Assembly: GCA_964057225.1 (NCBI GenBank)
Contig: OZ059897.1
Location: forward strand, 14,384,001-14,448,000
From: Auanema rhodensis
Taxonomy: Eukaryota > Animalia > Nematoda
Direction of reading: 5' to 3'
DNA length: 64,000 nt
Position numbers and translations under genes: made by a program. How positions within the stretch are numbered: position 1 is the stretch's first letter; each line of letters opens with the position of its first letter. The notes under the pieces were generated by a model, which saw only the letters and a list, made by a program, of their open reading frames with translations, did no database searches and had not been told where the DNA came from. This document shows positions 1 through 12,700 of the stretch, piece by piece.

Positions 1-3000
1 ATTTTACTGATTGTTATTTAGAAATCGGAAATGAGTTCAAAGTAAAAATAATGACGAGAGAGGGAAGATGAAGGATTAGATGATTTTTAATGACTAGATT
101 ATAAGATGATAGCATTAGATTTGCGGATGAGCGTGTTTGGGAAGTGAACTGACAGGTCATAACAGTGCTCAGTGTTTATGCCAACAGGAATCTCATTTAG
201 ACCGTTAGAAAGAAGCTAGGTGATTTTCCGTCCTTAGTCTGCCCTTTAAACGAGTGTAGTTCACAAGATTTAGAAAGTTGACAATTTTCAGGGTTAACCA
301 TCATTTTTTATCTATAGGCTATAGCACAATTGATAGATTGCCATGTTATTTGAGCCATAGTAGATAATATAAATGTTAAACTTTTAAGGCCATAAACAGA
401 CGAAGAATATTACTAGAATAGAAGATTGCCTCAAACTGTAAGAACTAGTCTATTCAATCCAATGTTGTGTCTGAAAGACAATCATCGATCAGCTGATTGG
501 GCAACACCGACAAAATCACTCAGACTCGGAAAAGTCAACTGCAACATTATCGATGACCATTACACCCATTCTAACAATCAAGGGTGTGATAGAGAGCGAA
601 CAACGAGAGAAATAGAGCTAGTTAGAACTACGAAAGAGAACTTAATACGATCAGGCTACGATGATGCGTACAAAAATAAAAAAGCAACAAAACACAAAAG
701 AGGTGAGAATAAGATCATGATGCGTAACAGTTCTGATAGTTGAACAGATGTTGAAATAAAAGAAAGATAGTTTGTGTGCAACAACAAGAAGACAAGTAGG
801 CAGTTGTGATGCTAATTAAGGCGACGAACAGTCAGAGCGAGTAATACGCAGGGGTCGCGATTATGGGGCAGACGACTAAGAACACGATAAAGAGCCAACA
901 GCTGTCTGTGATAGCTACTTGATCCGTCGAAAAACCACATGAAGAACTACAAACAACATACCTCTGCATGACTAAGAAAAATGAAAAGAAAAAAGACAAA
1001 AGTGAAAAGTTACTAAAATCTGATAAAAAATAAAAATTGCTAGCGAATATGGAAGCAAAGGAAGAAAGAAAATAGAGATAAAAAATGAAATAAACAATAA
1101 AAAAACATATAAAACCTCAACAAAGCATTTCCTTGCATCAGTCTGCTTGGTGAATTACTTATTAAATGACAATAGGCGGGAATAAAATCGGCGTGGGAAT
1201 TCACGTTAAAATAATGATATGCTAATTGCTCATGGAGAAGGATTGCCAGCGGTACAGTGGCATAGTGGTTTAGCAATCAAGTGGTTATTAATATAAAACA
1301 GTAATCAATAGATATTTTCAATGCCGGTAGTTTAGAATAAGTAATGAAATAATCAACTTAAATATAAACAACAAAGAAAATTGAAAGGAATTAATTGAGA
1401 GTTAAAACAAATGAAGTACGACAAAGTTGATGACAGCAGAGCGAAGAACAAGATGGAGTCTTCGTTCGGTCAATCACTATTACTATAACACGAATGCCAG
1501 ATGGATCATATGGGTTGTTAATCGCAAAGGAACGAACAAATTGTACCAGAAGATCAATAAAGAGAAAAGACGATCACGTCAACGAAATTGGAAAGAGATG
1601 GTAGAGATTGGGAAACAAAATGGTTACAGAAAATAATAAATTCAGCATGAATTTCAGAAAAAATAACTTGTTCACAGTTCACTGATGCAAACAATAAGAT
1701 GAGCGGAGGCATCAGTTCTCGTTAAGTCAACAAATGATCGGCTTCGACACTCCGCCAACTATTGTAAACATTCAAAAGCCCATTTGTCACAAAGTCCTTG
1801 TAGGGACTACTAGAAGTAAATGAACTCTTTTCCTATCTAGTGCTATCTAGTTTCTTCTCTCTGATAATGAAGACATTGATTTAGGGGCAGTAAAATGAAA
1901 AGATCGAAGTTTAGGCATTCAAGATGGCACGTTAGCGTGTCAATGAACTAAAGGATAAAAGGTTTCACAGAGTTATGTTGTTCACTGCAGAGATGGGAGC
2001 TTTAAGTGGCTTAGAGAGGACTATAACCAGAAGCAAGTCATTCCAATCTGGCATAACATATGTGAGAAAGAGTCCTTATCAGGAGAACAGATCGAAGCGA
2101 AAGAATCTATTTAGCTGATGTCTATTCTTATCAGTCATACCCAAAATCATACCAGGCCTTACGACGACACAGAGTTTCTTAGTCATTTTTTTGTGAAAAC
2201 ACATCGTAACAGTGAAATATAAAAGGTAATTCTAAAATGACTACAAGTAATTGAAGACGAATGACCTTCGAGAGACAGCGAAGTGAGAGAGAGGGACAGC
2301 CAGAGACAGAGGGAGAGGGTTGTACGACGCTGGAACGCACATTCAATTGTGTCGGTGAAGGGAAGGGGCGGGGCGATGTTATGCATGTGCACTCAACTCG
2401 GCATGAATATCCAAAAATGGTGAGGAAGGGAAAACAGCTACCAATGAGATGAGGAAACGAGATAGCTACAACCACAACCTTTTGTTGGCCTATAATTTCC
2501 TCTGATTAATACATACAGAAAGACAAATACAACAAAAAAACAAAAGTTGCAAAAGCAAACAATTTTAAAGGCGTATCAGTCGATGAAAATATTTATGAGA
2601 CCAAAGGGAAAGCATGACTATCTTGTTAAGCTATGTGAGCAACACTATCACATCTGCTACATAGATATTTATACATCTTAATACTTGTTAAAAACGGGTC
2701 AGGCGGAGTCTAATACTAAACGAGGAAACGAAAAAGTGAGAATTAAAGATGAACGAAAACGGAAGAGTGAGAGAATAAGACGTTTATGAGTATCTAGGGG
2801 ATTATTATCAAAAAATGTTCAAATAATATAAACGAATTGTATCATGCTTTTGCAAACTTCAAGCTTGGGCAGGCTGATGTATGATAAACCTGATGTTCAA
2901 AACAAAATGCAGTTATCATCAAGCATAGAAAAAGAGATAATCACACTATTGGAAAATCAAACGAACAAGTATAGTACTAGAGCGAAAGATCAGTAAGCTG

Positions 3001-3163
3001 TCGTTATTCTTTGCTAATCTGTGTTACAGCACCGAAAAGATTAAGCTCTATGAAAATATAAAAAAAACAAATAAAATAAGAAAAAAGGAGCGAAAGAACC
3101 ATAAGAAGAAGCTATATTCAAAAAATGAACAATTTGTCGTTTTAAAACCCCGCCTAAATAACG

Positions 3164-3183
3164 ACATACGTGATCACGTATGT
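3164..3183. repeat. Perfect 20-bp palindrome ACATACGTGATCACGTATGT
   Basis: The sequence equals its own reverse complement. Confidence 0.95.
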
Positions 3184-6100
3184 AGATAACAATCGTGGAG
3201 GTCTGGCTCGAGAACTTAGTAGTTCAGTTAAGTGAGCGCTGGGAGAAGTAATGAGAGATAGGCCCCGTGTTAATGTCCTTAAACAAGGGAAGAGAAAGAG
3301 GTACTAATTTGACTCGTTGACAAGAATCTACTATCAATGAAGCTTCTGATAGAAAAGATGAAAAAGTTTTAGAAGTGTGCCAAGCGTATCATCTATTCTC
3401 TAGTTTTCTCTCTATCTTTCATCTTCTTTTTATTGTCTCTGTATGTTTCTATCTATTTCTCTCTAAGATTCGGAGTGGAAAGCAATGAGATAAAAATCTC
3501 ATCTAGATAGCACCACTACATGCTTACGCGAACTGAGTAGACTATTCTTAAAATGGAGAGGCGAAAAGAAAGAAGAAAAGACGAATTGAATGATGAAGAC
3601 GAAAGAGAGACGAAAAAGGAAAAGGTCGATCTAATAAACTATGATGATGTTGATGGTAATGATGGTGGTGATAGTGATGGCGGTAAAGGTTGTGGTAATG
3701 ATCAGGGTGTGGTGTAAGTACTGATGATGTTTTTACGAGTTTTTTGGTTTTTAGACAGTAAGTGCTAATTTCGAGGTTAAGCTGAAAAGCAATGTGAAAA
3801 AAGCAATAGCCGCTCCAAGCTACTCCTCGTTTTCCTCTGCTCTCTTTCTCATCTTCATCAAATGGCTTGGAATAGCAGGAGGCATTCAGCCTGGCAGTCA
3901 GTCAAATGTATTGCGGTGAAAGTTTTGGAACTGGAAAAGTAGATAAAGCAAGCATTTTTTTCTCAGTAAGAGGAAGAATCAAAAAATAAAACTAAATGAA
4001 ATAAGCACGATAAAACGATCTGCGAACTAGAGAACAAAATATCACTGACAAATAGTGATAGAGAACAGGTGAAGAGCTCAAGTTAGATAGTGATCATGAT
4101 TATGACCATCGAATACTGGTAGGCACATAAAAGAGAAAAGAGAGAAGGTTCTATTATGATTTTCACCCAATCAGGATACATTGAGTCAAGGAACACACTG
4201 GGAATAAGTATGTTTGTCGCTAAGCAAACAGATGACGAGATAGCACACATGGTGGCGGGGAATGGGGAGAGACGCAGCCGGCAGGCAGGCAGCCAGCAAG
4301 CAAGCACCATCATCATCACAGCCCACCCCACAAGTCAATCTGTCTGTCATCCTAGTCCCTCTCTCTGATATTCTCTTTCGTTCATTCTCTCTCTTACTCT
4401 CTCAATCTTTTTTCATCATCATTTTCTTCTTCTTCTTCTTCTCCTTGTGCTAACCATTTATGGTCTAAAAGGGTAAGGGCTAGAGTTCGACGAGACATTG
4501 AGTCTAGGTCACCAATAAGATTGAAATACTTTCAAAGAGCAAAGCCATAGGCTACATTAGTTATTTTACAGTTGTCAATTCATTGTTTTGTTATGGTTTT
4601 CAATAGAGCCGCTCATCAAAAAAATCAGACAAAAATGGTAATAAAGTATGTGGACTAGTTCATCTAATGGTGGCGGGTGTATAAACTTGTTGTTTTTTTA
4701 TGAAATTATTATAATGTTCTCGAATCAGATTAATATGTTCCTAACTTATGAGCTATCAATCAGATTATTTGATTACGTGATGGAGCGCGAAGATATGTGG
4801 GAAGAACCAGCAATCAACACCAATATCAGCAGCTGCTGTAACCTTCTTCGGCATATCCACAAAACGGCTTTGCACAAACAATTGAGCTGATTATCGGTCA
4901 AATATATAATATGGGTTGAACGGAGAGAGAGAAAGCGGTCGTAGTTCACATAAGAGAAGGGATAGAAAGATGGCCCTATAGAACATTTTTGTGTTGAAAG
5001 TGCATTACTCTCTGTGTCGTTTTCACTCTCTCTCAATGATGCGCTCACTCTCAATTTTGGTGACATGTATCGAAGTAAAACCGTGGAGAATATATAGAAT
5101 ATTTTTTGTACAAAACATAAATAAACATGTAGTAGAAGTTTAACTATTACTATTTTACTTCATCTTTTCTCTATCTCTCTCTCATTTCTCCCTTTTATCT
5201 AGAGTTCTCTCTCTATCTCCCGCTCATTTTCCCTCCTCTCTCTCCCTCTGGGGAAAAACACAACAGCAGGAGTTGAAAGAGGAGTGGAGCCACCGAATAA
5301 GATTAAGTAGAAGAGGAGAAGGGGGCAAGATGGACTTTTGCTCCTTGTTGCTTGCTTCAGCTTCTGAAAAGTTCGCTTTTCAAAAAGCTCAAAGAATTTA
5401 CGCACACGCACATACATATATACACAAATAGAAACGAAAGGGTGAGGAGATGGTTGTGGTTGTGATTGGTGAGGGTTCGAGTAGAGGAAAGGAGAAGGCA
5501 ATACACAGATAGATAGATAGATATGCTAGACAGGCAGAGAGAGAGTATGAAGCTGTCTGTTGTCTTCTTGCTTTAGCTTTCCTCCTCCATTTCTTCTGCA
5601 GCAATTTCTCGCCCAGGACTAGACCCCGAAAAGAACTATTATTCTAGGAGGCCTCCGTTCTCTCCTCATTCCCTGTTGAGATTTCAGTGTATCTACCTTG
5701 AACAGTATACTGAATGTCGCGAATCTTTGAGTAACAATGAAATCAAGAAAAAGAAAGAAAATGCATCATATCGACTGATCTCATGTAGAGCAAAAACTCG
5801 AAGATATGAGAACGGATCGTTTTAATAATTCGCATTGAATTGAGTGCGTGTGTATATACATATCCAGTTAGTGGAATCAAATCGTCCTCGTCGTGCGTTT
5901 GACCCCTAAGCCCGAAATCGAGGTAGACGCGTACAGCATTGACTGTATGTACGAGAACAACAAGAGAATGCCGTTATGGAGAGATAGTAGAGAAAACAGA
6001 CATTATCTATAGTATGAAGAAAATTGTTCATAATACGTAAGCAAGTTCGATTCAGCTTGTAGATAGTTTTCAAAAGCTATTCGTTTATATGTCAAAGTCT

Positions 6101-9100
6101 CACTTATGCCTGTGATGTACTTCTATTCGTTCCAGATATTTATAGTGTTGTACCTATTCTATGAATGATACTTTTCTCTAAGTGGAATCGATTATTATTA
6201 TCATACTGATCAAGCATTTTGTAATCATTTTCTCATATAATCAGGATGTTCTTCAATTTTCAAGTCGTGGCCTCTTAACGTTCTGTTCTCCGTCGCCGTA
6301 CGTCTCTTTTGTAATTGAACTTAGATGTCAGTTGAATATCGAAATATGGTTTAAGTCTTTCATATTTTCTTTTGCATTTTAAACATTTTTATATTCTACC
6401 TGTCGAAACTTATGTTCTTTTTTGGAACATTTCGCATTTAATAGTTCATTGAGTATTTGTCCAAGTGTCAAAAGCACGAATGACAATCATCTTTTCCGGA
6501 TGAGTGTGAAGAATAACGGATTGACATTAATTACACATCTATAGGCTTAAGTGCCATGGGGTTGAAGAAGTATTGAAGAAAGACAGAAGGACGTTGCGAA
6601 AATAAGAGAGTAATATGTAGTTGTCAAGCCACGCCCTCTCAGCCCAGCAACATAAAAAGAACAAAGAAAAAAGGAAAATGAGACGTTGAAGATAGATATA
6701 AAAAAATAAAAGAAGAACTTAAAGATAACGAGGAAGATAAGTCTTTATTGGAAATAACATGCAGTATTACGAACACCATTCTATGTCATCATCAGCTGTA
6801 GTTTAGTTCGTGTAGTAGTATTCTTGTCAGTAAACCTATCAGTTTTTTTCTATCTGTTATCATCGCTCTCCTATCTGCCAATGTTTCTCTTTACAAGGAA
6901 ACTGATAGTTTATTTTCATCTGCTATAAACTAGCATGTTCATGAATCTCATATTATCGTTTCTTGTCACATTTGCAGCATATGGCGGGTGCTCTACCAAA
7001 CATCGTCACAAATGTATTTTTCTATATGTGTCTATATACAAAGTAACAAGTTTTCAAAATAACTTTTTTTGTCTTATTTTATCGGAGACTTAGATCGGTA
7101 CTGGTGGCAGTTGCAGAAAACAGAAGCAGCAGGAGCAGTAGTTATGATTGAATGAAAATGAAAAGCCTATTAGACCAACTAAGTGGCTGACTGGTGGGTG
7201 ACGAGAGACAATAGGAGAGTATGCAGCTTCTCTCTCTTTTTCTTTCTCTCTCTTTCTCTTTCATTTTCTCAGCTCATTCATCCCTTTTCTCTCCTTCGCC
7301 GTTTTTCTCATCTGGCCCTAATGTTGATGCATCCGTCATGCTGATGTTCCTGCCTGTGTTTGTGAGATCATATTGTGATCAAAAAGCATGGATGTCACTC
7401 TATTCAGACTTGTCAAACTAAAATTCTTGGATTTAAATGTCTTTCTGTTTGCCTCATTAGATAGTCGTTGTCTAGACACTAGCAACCATACAATCAAAGC
7501 GCAAACCATTAAGTTGCTGATATATAGAATAAGGAAAAGATGGAAAGAAGTGGAAAAAAAGAAAAGAAATAGAAAATGAAGAGGGCGGAAAAGAAAGGCA
7601 ACGAGTAAGAGATAGAAAAGCGAATCAAGGCAAAAATGAGAGTCGAGTGATGCGGAAAACGGATCTTTGAACCGGAAAAGCGACGACGTTAGATTATCCG
7701 CCTAGGATATTGGTATAACGGACAATGTTTTCAGCTGTCTTTACTCATCTGGATCTCTCGTTTTACATAATCTCTTTGTTGTTTATCTCTCTAAGTCTTC
7801 AGCAGTTCAGTATATTTTATTCATCCAAGCTGCTTCCGTTCAAGAAACCCTGAACATGCTCCAAAAGTTTGGGTCACATAAGCTTTTGAATCAAATTCTT
7901 TAAATTCTCCCGGAAATATCACCACTCGCTGGCTGTTATTATCGTGTCACCCATATAGCAGGAGAATGTAACTCCAGCAATAAAAGTCTTTCATACTATT
8001 TTTTCTATTTAAGAATATATAGAAGACGAAGCATTTGAAAAATGATCTCATCATACCTCTCTCATAGCTGTAAAGATTATAAACTATCCATTATATGATT
8101 TTGGAGGGAAAACAAAGATCATATGCAAAGGAAATGACATCAATTGTGTATGATGTATACATAGGTAGTTTCTAGTTCGTTTGTTGTTATTCATTCCCCC
8201 TCTTACTGTCAACCATTTGCCAATTTTGTTATTGTAATATTCTAATAGTATAGTATGGTACAGTATAGATAGATAGATATAACTGTGTGAATAAGATTCT
8301 TAATAGTTCAGTTCATGATAATCGGCTTTTCCGTTATTCTATATCGCTCATTATTAAGTTTGTCATCAGGATAAACTAAAGAAGGTTTTAGACTGCAGAA
8401 GAAAGCGACCGTTGTAGTTATGAAAAAGAAACATAATGTGAAATACAGTGCAAAAGAGTTAGAGAAGGAATGAGAGAACGAGACAGATATAAGCGGGAGG
8501 TTCGAGGACAAATGAGAATAAGAGCGGTAAGACGACTGAGCATTCTGACTATTCTTGTCAAGCACTTCTCATCGTGCTTCGTGGCTGTCATCATCTTACA
8601 CACTTAGTGCGCCATTCGGGGTCTCAGTTTTTCCTTCCTCCTCCTCTTGATTTCCAAAAAAAACCTGATTTTGTACTGTTCGCTTTGCTCGTTTTGCAAC
8701 CATTTACCTAGTTGCTTGCTAATCTACTGAAATCGTGAAGATATCCCTATCTATCTTCTTGTTTTCTCTCCCTTTCCTTTCCCGGGCTTTCATACGATAT
8801 GATGCGCCAAAGCGAAGGAGGTCGAGTCTAATCTGTAGTCGGAAAAGAAAAGGAAAAGAATGAAGAGTAATAGTCAAACAAGCCAGAGAAACAGAGGAAA
8901 TATGAAGCGAAGGGCAGACACAGATAAAGATGTCCGAAATAATTCAATTGTTTCATTATCGTTTGGTTGGTCTTGTCGTTCTGTTTCTTATTCTTTGCCT
9001 TTTTCACCTCTTCTTGTTGCATTCTCTTCTATCATCATTGTCATCATGGCTGTCTTGTCCGTTCTCTTCAGGGGCTGTCTGACCGACGGGCCGTGTGCCG

Positions 9101-9693
9101 TTCGCCGGCAGTCAGCTGTGTCTAATCCACTCACATACAACACAAAAAGAGCGCAACTTCCTTCCGTTCAACTATGCTGTCGCTTAACAGCAAAAAAAGA
9201 AAAACGATGGGGACGAGAATTAGACAACACCAAACACAAATAGTTTCCATGACTATATACATGTCCTGCTTTTTACTTTTTATCTTTACAGAAAGAAAGA
9301 CTATACGTTATCTACTTATATATGTGAAGAATATTTGAACAATGCAAAAAAAAATGTAAGAGGTGTGAGAGATAAGGTTTAGATGATTAGTCGTATGAGC
9401 AACCGTTAAAAGCAGAACTGCCTCTTTCAAAATGAATCTAAGATGCAAACGTCACATCAGTCTCACGTGTCTAATGACTGACACCCCAAAAATTAAGGAA
9501 AGAATAGAGACGAGAAATAGGAAAGGCTTGATGCTGTTCAGCCCCATGGCTATATTTGGTATAACCAAGTGTGTAATACACTAGATGAACATATAGACTA
9601 TATGCAAACATAGACCGAGACGGAAATGGAGACTGCGAAAAAATAGATAGACTGAGAAAGAACAGGGCCAAACTAAGAGATGATACTAACGAT

Positions 9694-9698
<5 letters not shown>

Positions 9699-9767
<69 letters not shown>
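9699..9767. repeat. (AG)n microsatellite, about 34 units
   Basis: Uninterrupted AG dinucleotide run. It is the source of the spurious RERERE ORF. Confidence 0.97.
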
Positions 9768-9768
<1 letters not shown>

Positions 9769-12700
9769 GATGGTAAAGAAAACTTTTGAAGTTGCTAAAA
9801 ACGATGAACAGGCAAACGGACTATGGATAGGGTATATAGAGGAAAGGCAAAGGGTGGGGGTGGTCGTGATGAGAGAATGGCTACTGATGTAGATTCTGCT
9901 GGTGAGGATGACGATGGCGATAGTTAGGGTGGTGGAGACATAAGTCGGAAAACGAGCCTAAACCATTACTAATAGCATTGAAAGTGACATCCGTGCGCAC
10001 GATGCGATTAAAGAAAAGAACTAGGCATATTTGAGTGTATGGGAGGGAATTGCTATTGTTGATTTCATAGATTAGTAATTCATATATAATATGCTATAAG
10101 GATATTCACAATATAAATCATATAATTGTGTCATTTTCTAAATGTATTTTTAGAATAAAAATTATGTTCATTTTCTGCAAGATGATTGTTTGATTGCTTG
10201 CCTGATCATGAAATCGGTTACAACGACGACGACAACCCCGATGTGTCCGTCAGGAACAGATGAACTGGGTGCAACTACAATGATATTGCCTGACATTCTT
10301 CGAAGTTAATAGATGTCCAGTAGAGAAGATCAGTGGACATCTGACATTTATGTTATGTGTAAGTATATTATCTTGTTACTGCTACATAAACTAATGATCA
10401 CTTGTTTTTCACTATTGAATAGAATAATCTAATACAACATCGTTGAGTATATTAATATAATAACGAATAATTGATAACGATATTCGTATGTGTTATAATT
10501 ACTTTATAACTATATATAACTATATACACATATATATTTATATATACACACATATAGATAGATAGTTGTTTGCTACTTGGGAATCAACTATTGCGTCTTC
10601 TTTATCTTTCGTGGCCTAGACAGTTAGCCATCTTACTCAAAGAGACGACGTGGCTGGCGACAATGATGATGATGAAGAACCAGATTGTCGTCGTCCTGGA
10701 CACATACATGAACAGACTGTTCTATTAGCTGCTCTCTCGTATTTCCCCTCGTCTTTTTTTACTCTCTCTTTCTTTCTCTCACTCTCTATCTCTCTCTCTC
10801 TTTTTCTCTCTCTCTCAGTATCTGCTTCTCGGTTTCTTTATCCTAAAATATCGTTCATTGTTTCTCTCTCTTCATTTTTTATACTTTAATAATCATTTTG
10901 CGTCTTTTTCTGTTTCTCATACTCTACTCTACACTATCTCTATCTTCTTTCCTTTCGCTCTCTATATGCCTCTCTTTTAGGATTATATCTTACAATGCTA
11001 AGGGCGCGATGGCCTGCTGATTATGGTTGTTGGTGCACCGAATAGAGGGAATGCTTTGTGATCGGGGTGCAAGTAGAAACTTTAAGGAAAGACAAGATAA
11101 GATGAGTAGCTGAGAAAAAACTTTGTTTAAGCACATTTGAATATTTGATCTAAGCTTAGTTTGTACGAGCTTTTCATTTCAATAAGTATAAATTAATATT
11201 TTTTGTTCTATTAATAGCTTATATTGTTTTCTGCAGGAAACTTTAGCTGAATAGTTAGTTTAAAATTGATGATTAAAACAATAAATATAATTATCGTAAT
11301 AAAAACCTTATTTTTCCTCTTTTTTAATAATATGGCCTTGTGATGAAATTTAAATGTTATTCGCATAAGAAGTCTAGTTTTTATAAAGATACGACATGTG
11401 ATTTATATAGAAAATGTGACAACTAGCTCACATAATGACTCATTCGTAAAGGAGTTGATTGGAGTTTGTTAGGAATTATTCACAAAACCCAATCAACTAT
11501 TTTCATGATTCACATGAAACTAGGTAACACATTTCTATAATCTGTGAAGTCGAGGTAGGCCGTAGATAAAAGGAAAGAATTATCTTTGAGGCGTTTAGAA
11601 CGGACAATACCACTTACACATTTGTCATCCTCGTCATCGGACGTATAAATGGATGTGAATCTTCCTCTCTTTTTCCTACTTGCTCTCTAATGTTTTCTTT
11701 CTAATATCTCTTCTGCTACTCATAGACACGACCCTATCCGACATACATACACAAAACAAACGGCCATCAGATGGTGTCCAGCAGCTGGCAGATTTGAAAT
11801 TCAGATTGTTACCCTCACTGCCCTCTCATATATATCCCCTGCGACTTTCATCTCTTTTTGAAGTGGCACAATGTCACTAGCCGTATGAGATGATGATTCG
11901 GCTTGTAATAGTTGATGACCAACAGACAAGTTTTTAATATTTGAACAGGCCTTGCTTTTCTCCAATCGTTTTTTTTTTCAATGCGTTCTCTACATCTACC
12001 AGAAGCACAGGCTTCCTCCGGAATATAGGAAGTTTGTCCTCATCTTGATATGCTTTAATTGAATTAGAGTTTTAATAGGCTAACATTTAGTTCCCGTTAG
12101 ATCATGAAAAAGTAAAGCATTAGAATGTATAATCGCCAAGAGATTTGCTGATTTACTAGTAACTACGTGAGGTCCAATTGCGATTGCACTTGGGTAGTAA
12201 CATCAATTGCTATATGACAATGGCTGATGCAGAGAGTGGAAGAGAAGTAGTAGAGAATGAGAAAAAGAGATAGGCAACGAGAGAGACAGATTGAATACTA
12301 AGAATGAGAAGGATAGAGAATTAGAGTGGGTTCGACAGCTTTCGAATGGCCGACATTTCGGGTTTTTTTGCATGTTTATATGATGTATAGCCTGCAACAT
12401 AAGCATTAGCAGTAGCCGCCAAGTGTGCTATGTACATTTCATAACCACATTCACTTCCAATGTGTCAAATATATGAAAAAAGTTTCTTTTTTTATATATT
12501 ATAAATATAATATCTTCATGTAGATGATCATTAATCGTAATGAATATAATTAGAATTACTAGACAAAGTTCATGAAAAAAACACACTAAGAATAATGATT
12601 CTTTATCGTTTAACTATTATTAATTAATCAAGGTAGATAACGTAGATTACACATGTTCTTTCTTCATCATTGAACTGAATACTCATTGTTTCGATCGAAT

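Noticed and set aside
1251-1275. tRNA A-box-like GGTACAGTGGCATAGTGGTTTAGC
   Set aside because: No B-box (GTTCRA), T-arm or acceptor-stem partner downstream.
5670-5720. lin-4-like TCCCTG...CAGTGT with a 10-bp hairpin
   Set aside because: The seed differs from lin-4 and the stem does not cover the putative mature sequence.
7363-8050. bantam/miR-80-like TGAGATCAT starts (7363 on +, 8050 on -; also ~42448 on -)
   Set aside because: No adequate complementary arm, so these are seed-length chance matches.
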